Shown: positions 48,398 through 58,784 of the stretch, one piece after another
Numbering within the stretch: position 1 is the stretch's first letter
How the letters are laid out: every line of letters begins with the position of its first letter
From: Bacteroidota bacterium
GTDB lineage: Bacteria > Bacteroidota > Bacteroidia > UKL13-3
Assembly (NCBI GenBank): GCA_037141455.1
Contig: JBAXCN010000003.1
Coordinates: forward strand, 4,218-68,217
DNA: 64,000 bases
Direction of reading: 5' to 3'
Translations under genes and position numbers: made by a program
Notes under the pieces: model-generated
Told to the model about the DNA's origin: nothing
Seen by the model: only the letters and a program-made list of their open reading frames with translations
The model's database searches: none

Positions 48398-49060
48398 ATG
48401 TCCAGTCACCACATAGTTCGCGATGAGCAAGAACCCGCATTAATTATTGCCAATGGGCAAAGTTGTAGTTTTGAGTTGCTAGGGCAACTGCTCGAATGGA
48501 GTCCAGTAGTTATGGTGCTTGATGGAGCCATTCATAGAGTGCTTGAATTAGGAATTAAAATTGACATTGTTTTAGGCGATTTTGATAAAGTTGAAAATTG
48601 GGATGAATTATTAGCCAATCAACAACCGGTAACTGTGGTTCATACTCCCGACCAAAACAAAACCGATTTAGAAAAAGGACTTGATTACTTAATTGCAAAA
48701 GGCCACAAAGCGGTAAACATTGTTTGGGCTTCTGGCAAAAGAGCCGACCACCACATCAATAATTTAAGTTCAATTGCCAAATACAAAGACCAAATTACCA
48801 TCGTTTTGCTCGATGACCATTCAAAAGTTTTTAATTTACCCAATCAATTTACCAAATGGTATCCTGCTAATTATAATATTTCATTAATTCCACTTGGAAG
48901 TGTTTTTGGTTTAACCACCAATGGTTTAATGTACAATTTATTGAATGAAGATTTGCATTTGGGTGAAAGAACCAGTAGTAGCAATAAAACTGAAGGGGAT
49001 GGATTGGTATCAATTTCATTTGCCAAGGGAAATTTGTTATTGATGGAATGCATTGATTAA
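48398..49060 (+). CDS. Thiamine diphosphokinase
   Basis: VLGDFDK, NKTDLEKGL and GKRADHHINN resemble TPK motifs. Confidence 0.65.
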   Translation: MSSHHIVRDEQEPALIIANGQSCSFELLGQLLEWSPVVMVLDGAIHRVLELGIKIDIVLGDFDKVENWDELLANQQPVTVVHTPDQNKTDLEKGLDYLIAKGHKAVNIVWASGKRADHHINNLSSIAKYKDQITIVLLDDHSKVFNLPNQFTKWYPANYNISLIPLGSVFGLTTNGLMYNLLNEDLHLGERTSSSNKTEGDGLVSISFAKGNLLLMECID

Positions 49061-49143
49061 AATTTGAATTTAAAAATTAAAAAAAATTTTATTTAGAAAT
49101 AATCTAAACAACCAATACATTTGCCAAAAAAAATTTAACAATA

Positions 49144-49932
49144 ATGAATTTAGTAAATACTGATTTATTCAACACCGAATCTATAGCAAAAATGCGAGAG
49201 GAGTTTAACCAAGCAAAGCCTTATCGCCATTTAGTTATTGATAATTTTTTAAATGCTGAAACTGCCGAGTTTATGTTTAACCATTTTCCAAAGGAAGATG
49301 TGTTTAACAAAAAATATAAAGGGGTAAATGAGTTTAAAGCCGAGGGTTCAAACTTTGAAGATTTTCCTGAAGTATTTACCCAAATGCGCCAAGAATTACA
49401 TAGCAAAGAATGGTGCGAGATAATGAGTAAAATTACTGGAATTGATGCATTATTTTCGGTTGAAGATGCTTTAGGTGGCGGTTTGCACCAAGGTGGTAAT
49501 GGAAGCTTTTTAGATATCCATATCGATTTTAATATTCATGCGGATAGAGGCATTCATAGACGCATCAATTTATTGATATTTTTTAATAAAGATTGGAAAG
49601 AAGAATATGGCGGACATACCGAACTTTGGAATGCCGATATGACCAACTTAGACAAAAAAGTATTTCCTTCCATGAACCGTTGTTTAATATTTGAAACCAA
49701 CGAAATAAGTTACCACGGTTACGATAAAATAAAATTGCCTGATGGCATTACACGCAAATCGTTTTATGCTTATTACTACACCGAACTAAGAGGCGATGCT
49801 GCCAAATACCACGATACGGTTTTTAAAGCCCGCCCAACAGATAGCGCTGCTAAAAAAGCATTAACACCTATAAAAGAAGGTGCTAAAAACTTTATAAAAC
49901 GCCAACTACGTAAATTTGGAATTACATTTTAA
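49144..49932 (+). CDS. 2OG-Fe(II) oxygenase family protein
   Basis: LDIHIDF (HxD), a distal H in YHGYD, and R/K in the C-terminal strand. Confidence 0.65.
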   Translation: MNLVNTDLFNTESIAKMREEFNQAKPYRHLVIDNFLNAETAEFMFNHFPKEDVFNKKYKGVNEFKAEGSNFEDFPEVFTQMRQELHSKEWCEIMSKITGIDALFSVEDALGGGLHQGGNGSFLDIHIDFNIHADRGIHRRINLLIFFNKDWKEEYGGHTELWNADMTNLDKKVFPSMNRCLIFETNEISYHGYDKIKLPDGITRKSFYAYYYTELRGDAAKYHDTVFKARPTDSAAKKALTPIKEGAKNFIKRQLRKFGITF

Positions 49933-49940
49933 CCATACTA

Positions 49941-49965
49941 AAAAAGCTCCAATTGGAGCTTTTTT
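49941..49965 (+). terminator. Terminator
   Basis: AAAAAGCTCC-AATT-GGAGCTTTTTT. Confidence 0.8.
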
Positions 49966-50007
49966 AACGTAAAATATTTTATTAAAATATAATAAATTAA
50001 GTCAATT

Positions 50008-52449
50008 TTATTCCTTAATAATTTTTATGCTTTTATCTAACGAACCTTCCATATTTAACAGGTAAAAACCATTCGGTAAATCAGCTAAATTTAGCATAGT
50101 TTCATTGGTATTTAATTTACCAGACAAAACTATTTGGCCAACAATATTACTTATGGTAAACTGTTTGTTTGTTAAATTTAATTTACTAATAATTACAATT
50201 GTATTTTTTGTTGGATTAGGATAAACCATTAAACTATTGTTTAAGTTAAACTCATCAATTCCAACTGATGTTATTGAAGTATTTAGTTCCGTTGAATCAG
50301 TACAATTATAATCGTTATAAACTTTAAGTTTTACTTTTCCGTTTCCAACAGTTGGCCAAATTACATTGATACTATTTGTTCCTTGTCCGTTTTGAATAAT
50401 TCCATTCATAACAGTCCAATTGTAATCAACGTTAGATTGATTTGCAATATTGTAATTATAAGGCAAGTTCAATGAAGTTGGTGATACATTGCCATTAATA
50501 TTTCCAATTACAGGGTTTTGCAAAACAACTAAATTGATATTGTTTGAAGTATCAGTACAAACATTATTTGAAACAGTAGCTTTATAAATTCCTGTATTCG
50601 ATGTTTCAATAAATGGTAAGCTTTGATTTGCTATTATTTGATTATTTAAAAACCAATTATAATTTAAATTACTATTTGTATTGTTCAACGAAATAATTGC
50701 TTTACTTCCATTGCAAATACTATCATTATTAGTATTTATTATTGGTAAAGTATATCCTTCAACTATATTTAAATTAATTGGAGCTGATTCTGCATTTACA
50801 TCTGAACTAGATACTAAACGAATTTTGTAGTTTTTGTTTAACAATAAACCACTTGGTAATGTTGATTGAATAATACCAGTATTTGAAGATGAATTGATAT
50901 TACCAATACTTACAGGGTTTGAAAAAAGACCATCTTCGTTCGATAATTGAATGGTATATACATTATTGGATAACAAAGCAATGCTATTATTTGTAAAATT
51001 AACATTAAAAAAGTTAGTTTTATGGTTACAAAATGAATTTTGTGAAATATTATTGATAGCTAGTTTTGGAGCTTCCACTTTTATATTTAATCCTTTTGCA
51101 AAGCCACTAACTAATGGGCAAGTTCTATCGTTTCCGTTAAATATAATTGAATGTGGAATTGATCTAATAGCCGATAATGGAGGAGTCCAACAAAACTTCA
51201 TACTATCAGCTTTCGGTCCATTTAAATGGCGTTGATTTAAAATATAGTTTTTGGTAAATGTTGCATTACTTAAAGTATTATCTAAATTGCTTACCATACT
51301 TAAATCTGTAGTGTCTGACGAAGAAGTATTAAACGAAATTGTTTGCTGGTCTTCGGCAACAATATCAATACAAAAAGGAACTCCAGCATACGCAGTAAAA
51401 TTTTGATTTCCATTTTGATTAACACCATTTTTATATGTTTTTAAAATTGGAATTTTATTGCTTTCGCATGTAGAGGCTTGCAAAAATGTTTGTCTTCTAT
51501 TTCGTCCAATATTTGTCCAAGTTCCATTTATTAATCTCCATTCAGTGACATCAATTACAAAATGAGCACCAAATGTTGCAGTAGGTCTGAATTGTACATC
51601 ACCTGTTTGTGCGTTTATTCTTAATCCTGCTGGGTAAGCAGCATTGGCATTTGGTGAGCCAAAATAAGGAAATGGATTGCTTGGTGAATATCCGATTGCG
51701 TAATCTATATTTCTAATTAATCCTTGATTGTAAGTTTCTGCTGAACCAAATGCATAACTCAATGAGTCTCCATCTGGGTCAATTGCACCTAAGTTATAAG
51801 CAAAATCAGTTCCTATACAAATATCAAACTTTGGTTCAACAGTAAATTTTGGAGACGAATTGCAAATTGCCAAACACCTGTCAATAACAGCATAATTGTA
51901 AAGTTCAGAAGAAATTTGTGTTGTAACTCCATTTGCATTATATATTGTAGAATTAATTCTTACTTTACAACAGCCTGAGGGTATACTACTTAAATCTAAT
52001 GTGGCTTCATAATTATACACTTCAACACCAATATCAAAAGTACCTGCTGTGCGCGTATTACAATTGGTACAGGTGCTTTTTACATTTGGGCATGTTTGAA
52101 CAATATCAATTCCGCTGGTGCCTGAAACTGCATTTGCAGTATAACTACCATAATTTATTCCTTCAAAACCTGATGAAAGCCCAACAACCTTAATTTGTGA
52201 TGGGAAAATACAATTTAATACATTTCCATTTGGAATTGTGTTTCTACAACCTTGACACATTTCTATACCTTCGCAACCTTTATATACTTTAAGGTAAACT
52301 TTATAAACCCCAGGTGTACTTGTACATTCGTATCTCAATTCTTGACCAATTACCCCGTGTGCTGATAAGTTATTAAAAAATAAAATAAACAAACTTAAAG
52401 TAATAAATACTTTTAAAATAATATTGGACTTGTTAGTAATTGTTTTCAT
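50008..52449 (-). CDS. T9SS cargo protein with type-A C-terminal sorting domain
   Basis: Signal peptide and a Cys-rich N-terminal region. C-terminus MVYPNPTKNTIVI...NGFYLLNMEG...IKIIKE. Confidence 0.75.
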   Translation of the reverse strand: MKTITNKSNIILKVFITLSLFILFFNNLSAHGVIGQELRYECTSTPGVYKVYLKVYKGCEGIEMCQGCRNTIPNGNVLNCIFPSQIKVVGLSSGFEGINYGSYTANAVSGTSGIDIVQTCPNVKSTCTNCNTRTAGTFDIGVEVYNYEATLDLSSIPSGCCKVRINSTIYNANGVTTQISSELYNYAVIDRCLAICNSSPKFTVEPKFDICIGTDFAYNLGAIDPDGDSLSYAFGSAETYNQGLIRNIDYAIGYSPSNPFPYFGSPNANAAYPAGLRINAQTGDVQFRPTATFGAHFVIDVTEWRLINGTWTNIGRNRRQTFLQASTCESNKIPILKTYKNGVNQNGNQNFTAYAGVPFCIDIVAEDQQTISFNTSSSDTTDLSMVSNLDNTLSNATFTKNYILNQRHLNGPKADSMKFCWTPPLSAIRSIPHSIIFNGNDRTCPLVSGFAKGLNIKVEAPKLAINNISQNSFCNHKTNFFNVNFTNNSIALLSNNVYTIQLSNEDGLFSNPVSIGNINSSSNTGIIQSTLPSGLLLNKNYKIRLVSSSDVNAESAPINLNIVEGYTLPIINTNNDSICNGSKAIISLNNTNSNLNYNWFLNNQIIANQSLPFIETSNTGIYKATVSNNVCTDTSNNINLVVLQNPVIGNINGNVSPTSLNLPYNYNIANQSNVDYNWTVMNGIIQNGQGTNSINVIWPTVGNGKVKLKVYNDYNCTDSTELNTSITSVGIDEFNLNNSLMVYPNPTKNTIVIISKLNLTNKQFTISNIVGQIVLSGKLNTNETMLNLADLPNGFYLLNMEGSLDKSIKIIKE

Positions 52450-52577
52450 GTTTTTAAAATTATTTTATTCAAAAATATACTTACAACTTTTAATACCTAA
52501 CAATTACTCTCCAAAATCGAAATTTTAAGAATAAATTATCTTAATTTTAAGAAAATTACGTGCGAACCGAAATAAAA

Positions 52578-52901
52578 CTAACCTTCTTTTTTAGCCTCAA
52601 AACCTTGTTTGCCATTTAAAATATCAAAAAATAACCAAAAATCCGAAGCTAGACTATACAAAGGATATTGGAATGTGGCGGGTTTATTTTTTTCAAAAAA
52701 GAAATGTCCAACCCAAGCAAAACCATAACCAACTAAAGGGCAAATAAGAAGGAGTGAAATTTTATGAAAAATAAAAGAACCAAAAAACACAAAAAAGAAC
52801 AAACTAGTTCCCACAAAATGCAATATTCTGCTTGTGGTATTTTGGTGTTGGCTTAAGTAAAAAGGGTAAAACTCTTTTAATGAAGTATATTTTTTTTCCA
52901 T
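52578..52901 (-). CDS. DUF962 / Mpo1-like membrane protein
   Basis: FYLSQHQNTTSRILHFVGT pattern and 2-3 TM segments. Start moved to MEKKYTSL. Confidence 0.65.
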   Translation of the reverse strand: MEKKYTSLKEFYPFYLSQHQNTTSRILHFVGTSLFFFVFFGSFIFHKISLLLICPLVGYGFAWVGHFFFEKNKPATFQYPLYSLASDFWLFFDILNGKQGFEAKKEG

Positions 52902-53035
52902 GCTGAATTGATTTAACAATAGTAAATATATTAAACACATTTTTAAGATAAAAGTTAATAATTAAAAAATTGGTTTTGAATATTAATACTAAAACTTAAA
53001 TTGCTCCTCAAAATAACACATAAAAATTTAAAAAA

Positions 53036-53416
53036 ATGAATTTTCCAGAAAACTTAAAATACACAAAAGACCACGAGTGGATTAGAATAGAAGGTAATGT
53101 AGCATTTATTGGTATTACCGATTTTGCTCAGAAAGAACTAGGCGATATTGTATATGTTGATATTCCAAGTAAAGGAAAAACAATAACCAAAGATGGCGTT
53201 TTTGGTACAGTGGAAGCTGTAAAAACAGTATCTGATTTATTTATGCCTCTTTCAGGCGAAGTGTTGGAGTTAAACGCAGAATTAGATGCAGCACCAGAAA
53301 ATGTAAATAACGATTGTTACGGAAATGGTTGGATGATTAAATCAACCATAACAAACGAAAGTGAAATAGCTGATTTATTAGATTCAGCTGCTTACAAGAC
53401 TTTAATTAATGCTTAA
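53036..53416 (+). CDS. gcvH: Glycine cleavage system protein H
   Basis: HEWIR and the lipoyl-lysine context [10 protein letters not shown]. Confidence 0.95.
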   Translation: MNFPENLKYTKDHEWIRIEGNVAFIGITDFAQKELGDIVYVDIPSKGKTITKDGVFGTVEAVKTVSDLFMPLSGEVLELNAELDAAPENVNNDCYGNGWMIKSTITNESEIADLLDSAAYKTLINA

Positions 53417-54458
53417 TAATTTAAAAATAAATACAAATGCCTTATTTAGCCAATTGCTAAATAAGGCATTTTTGTTTGCAGTAATTTTAGTTTTTAGTTC
53501 TCAAATTATTTATTGCCAAACGAACAATTTTTTAAAAAACAATTTTACATTTTCCATTAATACCCAATCGTTATCCAACATAAAAGGGAACGATTCAGCA
53601 ATAAATAACTTTAGATTCAGCAATATTTTAGTTGCATACAAACATGGCATTTATTCAAAAAGCAGTTACACCAACAGTAATATAAAACTTACTCATATTA
53701 CCTTATCGCCATCATTAAGAATTGGCAATGCCACCTTTTTTAAAAATAATTTAAATAGGGTTTTGGTAAATTTTAGATTAGGATTAAATGGGCTTTTTAT
53801 AACTTCAAACAAAAATTCATTTTTAGTAAACACAAGTGTTTTTGCAAATGAAGATGAATTTACTTTTCAGGATGCATTGATGCGTTACTCAGGTATTTTT
53901 ATTTATAACAGAAAAGTAAATCAAAAATTTTCATACAATATTGGAACTACTTTTACCTATTTATTTGGAGAGCCATTATTGTTACCCGTTTTGGGTTTTA
54001 GTTTAAAAACCTCATCCAATTCGCACTTAAATGCTATTTTACCATTAAATATAAATTGGAGAAAAAACTCAAAAATAAATAAACTTTCTTATGGCTTTTC
54101 TTTAGGTGCAAATGGAGGTATAAATAGATTTCAAAATAAATTGAGTGTTGATACTACCAATACCATACTCATTTTAAGAAGACGATCGCTTCAGTTTATT
54201 TCCGACTTAAGAATAAAAAATAAAACAAACACCATTATATTTCAGTTGGGTTTTAATACCAACCAAAAAGTAAGTTTTACTAACCAAAACGACAATGCTG
54301 TGGTAAACAATTTTGTTTTTAACGGAAGCAACAGTTTATATGCAAATATTACCTTTTTGTGGTTTTTAAAACAAAAAAGTAAACGTGAAAAAAATGAAAA
54401 TGACTACAATACAATTACCGAAGACGAGGTAATTGACAACAGTTGGCTAGATTTTTAG
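53409..54458 (+). CDS. Hypothetical outer-membrane-like protein
   Basis: Hydrophobic signal-like segment followed by an N/S/F-rich alternating beta pattern. 8-nt overlap with gcvH. Confidence 0.45.
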   Translation: MLNNLKINTNALFSQLLNKAFLFAVILVFSSQIIYCQTNNFLKNNFTFSINTQSLSNIKGNDSAINNFRFSNILVAYKHGIYSKSSYTNSNIKLTHITLSPSLRIGNATFFKNNLNRVLVNFRLGLNGLFITSNKNSFLVNTSVFANEDEFTFQDALMRYSGIFIYNRKVNQKFSYNIGTTFTYLFGEPLLLPVLGFSLKTSSNSHLNAILPLNINWRKNSKINKLSYGFSLGANGGINRFQNKLSVDTTNTILILRRRSLQFISDLRIKNKTNTIIFQLGFNTNQKVSFTNQNDNAVVNNFVFNGSNSLYANITFLWFLKQKSKREKNENDYNTITEDEVIDNSWLDF

Positions 54459-54768
54459 GATTTAAAACAAAAATTTAATTATTCACACCAATCCAGTTTG
54501 AAAGGATTCGAGAATTAAACACACTAATTTAAAGCATTGCTTTTAGAATAAATAAAAGTGAATTAGTACTTTTAGAAAAGCCTCTTTTCATTTAACTGCA
54601 TCCATTTGAATTATTTCAAAATCGGTGGCTTTTAAGGTTTTTAGTATTACAATGTTATAACAAACTATAATAAGCTTAAATGTAACTTAATTATATGGCT
54701 TCAGGTGGAGTTTTTCCAATCCACCTTTTTATCTAATGTTGTGGGCCCTCGTTAATGTAAATAAAATG

Positions 54769-54801
54769 ATAATTGCTGGCGAGGACTCCTGCAATGTCGA
54801 A
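54769..54801 (+). repeat. 33-bp hairpin repeat, left copy
   Basis: ATAATTGCTGGCGAGGACTCCTGCAATGTCGAA, 28/33 identical to 55220-55252. Confidence 0.6.
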
Positions 54802-54905
54802 GTGGTCTAACTGCACCAGAAAATAATAATGTGTCTAACTGCTTTAGTTTATTTGAAATAATAAAACTTATCCAAAGATTGGTATCTATAATAAGTTTCA
54901 ACGGC

Positions 54906-55121
54906 TTATTTTTTTGCATATCGCTTGGCTCTTACTTCATCTACTATTTTGGTAATTTCATCCAAGCTTGGAGCTGTCAAAGAATTACTTCGCATTTTTT
55001 TAAGGTATGCTTTTAGTTTAGAAACAGGTTCGTTACTTATCTTAATTAAGTTTAAGTCTTGCATACCTTTTATAAGTTGTAAGGCTTTAGGGTTAAGTAT
55101 TTCAATTTTTATTGCTTCCAT
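54906..55121 (-). CDS. Small conserved hypothetical protein (71 aa), antitoxin-like
   Basis: MEAIKIEILNPKALQLIKGMQDLNLIKI...PSLDEITKIVDEVRAKRY. I recall this N-terminal pattern from small Bacteroidota proteins, but no function is known to me. Confidence 0.5.
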   Translation of the reverse strand: MEAIKIEILNPKALQLIKGMQDLNLIKISNEPVSKLKAYLKKMRSNSLTAPSLDEITKIVDEVRAKRYAKK

Positions 55122-55219
55122 TTGTCAAATGTAATAAAATTATTAAAGGGAAAATAATTTTACCCGATTTAGGCGTCCTCGCCATCTTCAATGAATGATA
55201 ATAGAAGGTGAAATAAATA

Positions 55220-55252
55220 ATAATTGCAGGTGTGGACGCCTGCAATGACGAA
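55220..55252 (+). repeat. 33-bp hairpin repeat, right copy
   Basis: ATAATTGCAGGTGTGGACGCCTGCAATGACGAA. The internal stem ATTGCAGGTG/CGCCTGCAAT is 10 bp with one G-U pair. Confidence 0.6.
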
Positions 55253-55289
55253 ATTGATTCTCTAAAACATATGCCTTAGTTATATTTCG

Positions 55290-56297
55290 TTACTTAAAAT
55301 CGTCAATTAATTTTAACACTTTTCCAAAATTATAATGTTGCACCAACATTAAGCTTTTGTCGTTATTAAAAAAAGCCCAATAACGCTCGGTATCAAAGGC
55401 AAGTTCTTTACCTGTTGTTTCATCAACTATGTTCTTGGTATGCTTATCAATTGCTTTGTTATACATTTTTAAATGGTGCTCTTTTCCGTTTAAATCCACT
55501 ATTTTTAAGCTAGCAATAATATTGGTTTTTAATACACTGTCAATTAAATTTTTACTTTGGTTTTCATTGTATCCATCAAAGTTTAAGTTTTTAAAAGAGG
55601 CAATATAAAATTTAAGAAATTGCTTATCGGTTATTGGTTTTGGTTGCTGGTTTAAATATAATATTTGTGGGTTTTGTAAATTGGTATTATCAATAAAAAA
55701 TCCTTTTGTATCGTTGGTATATTTAACTTCTATGCTTTTAATTTGATTGGGTAAAAAATTAAATACCGTTCTATCTCTCCATACTAAGCTATCGCTAATA
55801 AAACGTGGAGTTAAAAACCCAAAGAAACCCGGAATGTGCACTGCATAAGGTTTGCTTGAACCTTCTATAAGCATATAAGTTCCATTTTGTTCCTGCGTGC
55901 CTGAGCCCACGTAAAATGTTTTAAATAGTTCACCATTTTTGTAAAACTGGGCTTTAATTCCTAAAGTTGCCAAATCGCCCACAGCGGTATTGTGTTCGCT
56001 TGCTGGCACTGGGCGTAATACTTTCATGTTTTTAACGGTGTAAAGCAATAACTCAACTTTACTAAAATCGGCTAATTTATTTTTATTAATAATCCAATTT
56101 TTTGATCCAATTTTATCCAACTCAATGGTTTTACCTTGCCTATCTGCAATAAATATTTTATCAATATGAGCGGTATCGTCTATGCTAAAATCGGCAATGT
56201 CTTTGTAGTTTATACCCAAAGGCTTTTTATTTAAAAAATAATACGTTAAAGCGGCTATAGTAAGCAATACTAAAGCAATTAGTGTTTTTTTATTCAT
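55290..56297 (-). CDS. DUF4340-like protein downstream of gldG
   Basis: N-terminal TM anchor. Position and size are typical of the DUF4340 partners of GldG-type ABC systems. Assigned from memory. Confidence 0.5.
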   Translation of the reverse strand: MNKKTLIALVLLTIAALTYYFLNKKPLGINYKDIADFSIDDTAHIDKIFIADRQGKTIELDKIGSKNWIINKNKLADFSKVELLLYTVKNMKVLRPVPASEHNTAVGDLATLGIKAQFYKNGELFKTFYVGSGTQEQNGTYMLIEGSSKPYAVHIPGFFGFLTPRFISDSLVWRDRTVFNFLPNQIKSIEVKYTNDTKGFFIDNTNLQNPQILYLNQQPKPITDKQFLKFYIASFKNLNFDGYNENQSKNLIDSVLKTNIIASLKIVDLNGKEHHLKMYNKAIDKHTKNIVDETTGKELAFDTERYWAFFNNDKSLMLVQHYNFGKVLKLIDDFK

Positions 56298-56303
56298 TTG
56301 TAA

Positions 56304-57983
56304 CTAGGCGTATTTTCTTTTTCTATAAAAATTATTTGCTATGGCAAAAATTAAAATTAAAATTATTGGTAAGCCAATATTTATAAATTGCCAAAATAGC
56401 TTTTCTCTTTTTATTTTGGCTTTATCGAGCAAACGTAAGGTTACTTCTTTGCTACGTACTTCTATTATTCCACTGTCGTCACATAAATAATCAACGCAGT
56501 TTAATAGAAACCTTTTATTGCCAAATTGTTGGTTTGCATAACGGTCGTAACCCAAAGGAAAAACTTGTCCTTTACTTTGGCTATACTGATTTCTAATTAC
56601 ATCTCCATCCGATATAATTATCATTTTATTATTTTCAACTTTAGGTTTAAAATCTAATTCCGGATTTTTAGTTTTATCGAAAATAAATTCAAAGCTCGAT
56701 GAAAATTCACCTTCCAATAATATGGCCATTGTTTTATTTCCACCGGTTCTAAAAAGGTTTTCATCAGGTTCTAACCTTGCCAATTCAATATCTACCCTGG
56801 CTGGAGCAGGAACTACTCGCGAGTAAGGAGAGGAAGCCAACAAAATGGTTTTCTTTATTTTTTTACTAGGAATGGTGTCAATGCTCGATGCAAATTGAAA
56901 CCAAATAGGATCAACCCCTCGAACAATTGGGTGCGAACTGGTTGGCGGAACAACAGGAAAATACATCCAAGGCAACAGCTTTTGCTCAGGTGTACCGTTT
57001 TTCATACCACTTAAAACGGGTATAGAATTACACATTAAATCTTGCACAATATTATTGTTAATTCTTACCCCAAACTTGTAAAATAAATCTTCAATTCCTA
57101 AGTTATAACTAATGGAATAATACTGTGGCGAATTGCGCAAACTATCCATATCGGCCAATTGCGATTCTACTAGCCAAATAATTTTACCTCCATGCATAAC
57201 ATATTGGTCGAGTTTAAATTTATCAAAATCGGAAAATGGCAAAGTAGGTTTTGGCACTATTACACCTGTATATTCAAACAAGGTATTTGGCGGAATTACC
57301 GATAAATCAATGTCATCAATTTCATAATATTGCTTCAGTTCTGCTTTCCCATCTATAATATTCCATTTTTCAAGCTCTCCGTTTCCTTTTAAAAATGCCA
57401 ATCGCTTTACTTCTGTTTGAGTTACTTTTCTCAAAGCATTAGCTATTTCGTACTCCAGTTGTTCTATTGAAGTATTTATAACAGCTTCGGGTGCTTGCCC
57501 AAACTGACTTTTTAATAAATTAATCGGAATTTTTCTGTCGCCATAATACAAAACTGCTCCAGGCACAATTATTTTTTGACTAAAACCATCTTCTTTTTTT
57601 AATTGAATGTTGGTAGCCTGTAAACCTAAATCGCTTAACTCCTGCAGTATTTCGTTGCTTTGCTTTGCAGTAGTATTGGTTAATGGATCAATAAACTCGT
57701 ACTGTATATTGTTGTTCGAATAAATTTTAAATTCGTCTAACATTTCTTTAGTAGCCTTTTGCAAACGCTTGAAACCAGCAGGAAAATCTCCTTCTAAATA
57801 TACTTTAACTAAAATACCTTCTTTTACTTTTGCAGCTAATTTTTTGCTTGGTTCTGCTAGGGTATATCGTTTTTCTTTAGTTAAATCTATCCTAAAAAAA
57901 TAATTACTTAAAATGGCATTTAACAAAATAATTATTACAATGGCAATTATTAACTGCAAATACGATTGATTCTTTTTGTTCAT
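56304..57983 (-). CDS. gldG: GldG-type ABC transporter auxiliary component
   Basis: 559 aa with N- and C-terminal TM anchors around a large external domain. Immediately downstream of the gldF-like permease. Confidence 0.75.
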   Translation of the reverse strand: MNKKNQSYLQLIIAIVIIILLNAILSNYFFRIDLTKEKRYTLAEPSKKLAAKVKEGILVKVYLEGDFPAGFKRLQKATKEMLDEFKIYSNNNIQYEFIDPLTNTTAKQSNEILQELSDLGLQATNIQLKKEDGFSQKIIVPGAVLYYGDRKIPINLLKSQFGQAPEAVINTSIEQLEYEIANALRKVTQTEVKRLAFLKGNGELEKWNIIDGKAELKQYYEIDDIDLSVIPPNTLFEYTGVIVPKPTLPFSDFDKFKLDQYVMHGGKIIWLVESQLADMDSLRNSPQYYSISYNLGIEDLFYKFGVRINNNIVQDLMCNSIPVLSGMKNGTPEQKLLPWMYFPVVPPTSSHPIVRGVDPIWFQFASSIDTIPSKKIKKTILLASSPYSRVVPAPARVDIELARLEPDENLFRTGGNKTMAILLEGEFSSSFEFIFDKTKNPELDFKPKVENNKMIIISDGDVIRNQYSQSKGQVFPLGYDRYANQQFGNKRFLLNCVDYLCDDSGIIEVRSKEVTLRLLDKAKIKREKLFWQFINIGLPIILILIFAIANNFYRKRKYA

Positions 57984-58001
57984 ATCAGTTATAATTACAA
58001 A

Positions 58002-58730
58002 TTAAAATTTACGTGAGCTAAAAACAGTTTTTGTGGCATAAATAAACACAACAATAAAACTTATAAAATACAATACATCTCGGCTATCAATTACCCCTCT
58101 ACTTATACTTTGGTAATGTGCATTAATGCCCAGGCCAGCTACTAAACTATCCCAAGAACCAAAAAGTTTAAAATCGGCAATGAGTTCGAATAAATTATAG
58201 AACAGATAACATAAAATCATACTGAGAATAAACGATACAATTTGGTTATCGGTAATTACCGATGAAAATAAACCTATGCTTACAAAACAACTAGCTAAAA
58301 AGAACAATCCAATATATGAACCCCAAGTTGCCCCAACGTCAATATTTCCGGCTGGTGCACCTAGCTTATATACCGTATAAAAATAAATTAAACTTGGTAT
58401 TAAAGCAAACAAAACTAATATAACACCTGCAAAATATTTGGCTAAAATTATGTTTAAATCGCTTACTGGTTTGGTGGTTAGTATTTCTATGGTTCCATTC
58501 TTTTTTTCTTCACTAAAAGTACGCATGGTAATAGCAGATATAAGGAATAAAAATAACCAAGGTGCCAAAGTAAAAAGTGTATCTAAATTAGCATAATTCA
58601 TGTCGAATACATTGTTATCGGGCAGCACCCACATAAACAATCCTGTTGCTATTAAAAACACTATAATTACCACATAGGCTATTAATGAGCTAAGAAAACT
58701 GCGTATTTCTTTTTGAAGTATTGAGTACAT
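58002..58730 (-). CDS. gldF: GldF-type ABC-2 permease
   Basis: 242 aa with about 6 TM segments and gene order with gldG. Confidence 0.75.
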   Translation of the reverse strand: MYSILQKEIRSFLSSLIAYVVIIVFLIATGLFMWVLPDNNVFDMNYANLDTLFTLAPWLFLFLISAITMRTFSEEKKNGTIEILTTKPVSDLNIILAKYFAGVILVLFALIPSLIYFYTVYKLGAPAGNIDVGATWGSYIGLFFLASCFVSIGLFSSVITDNQIVSFILSMILCYLFYNLFELIADFKLFGSWDSLVAGLGINAHYQSISRGVIDSRDVLYFISFIVVFIYATKTVFSSRKF

Positions 58731-58784
58731 TTATTTGATAGTTTTAAGTGCTAGGTTTTAAGTTGTTAGTTTAAAAATTTGTGT

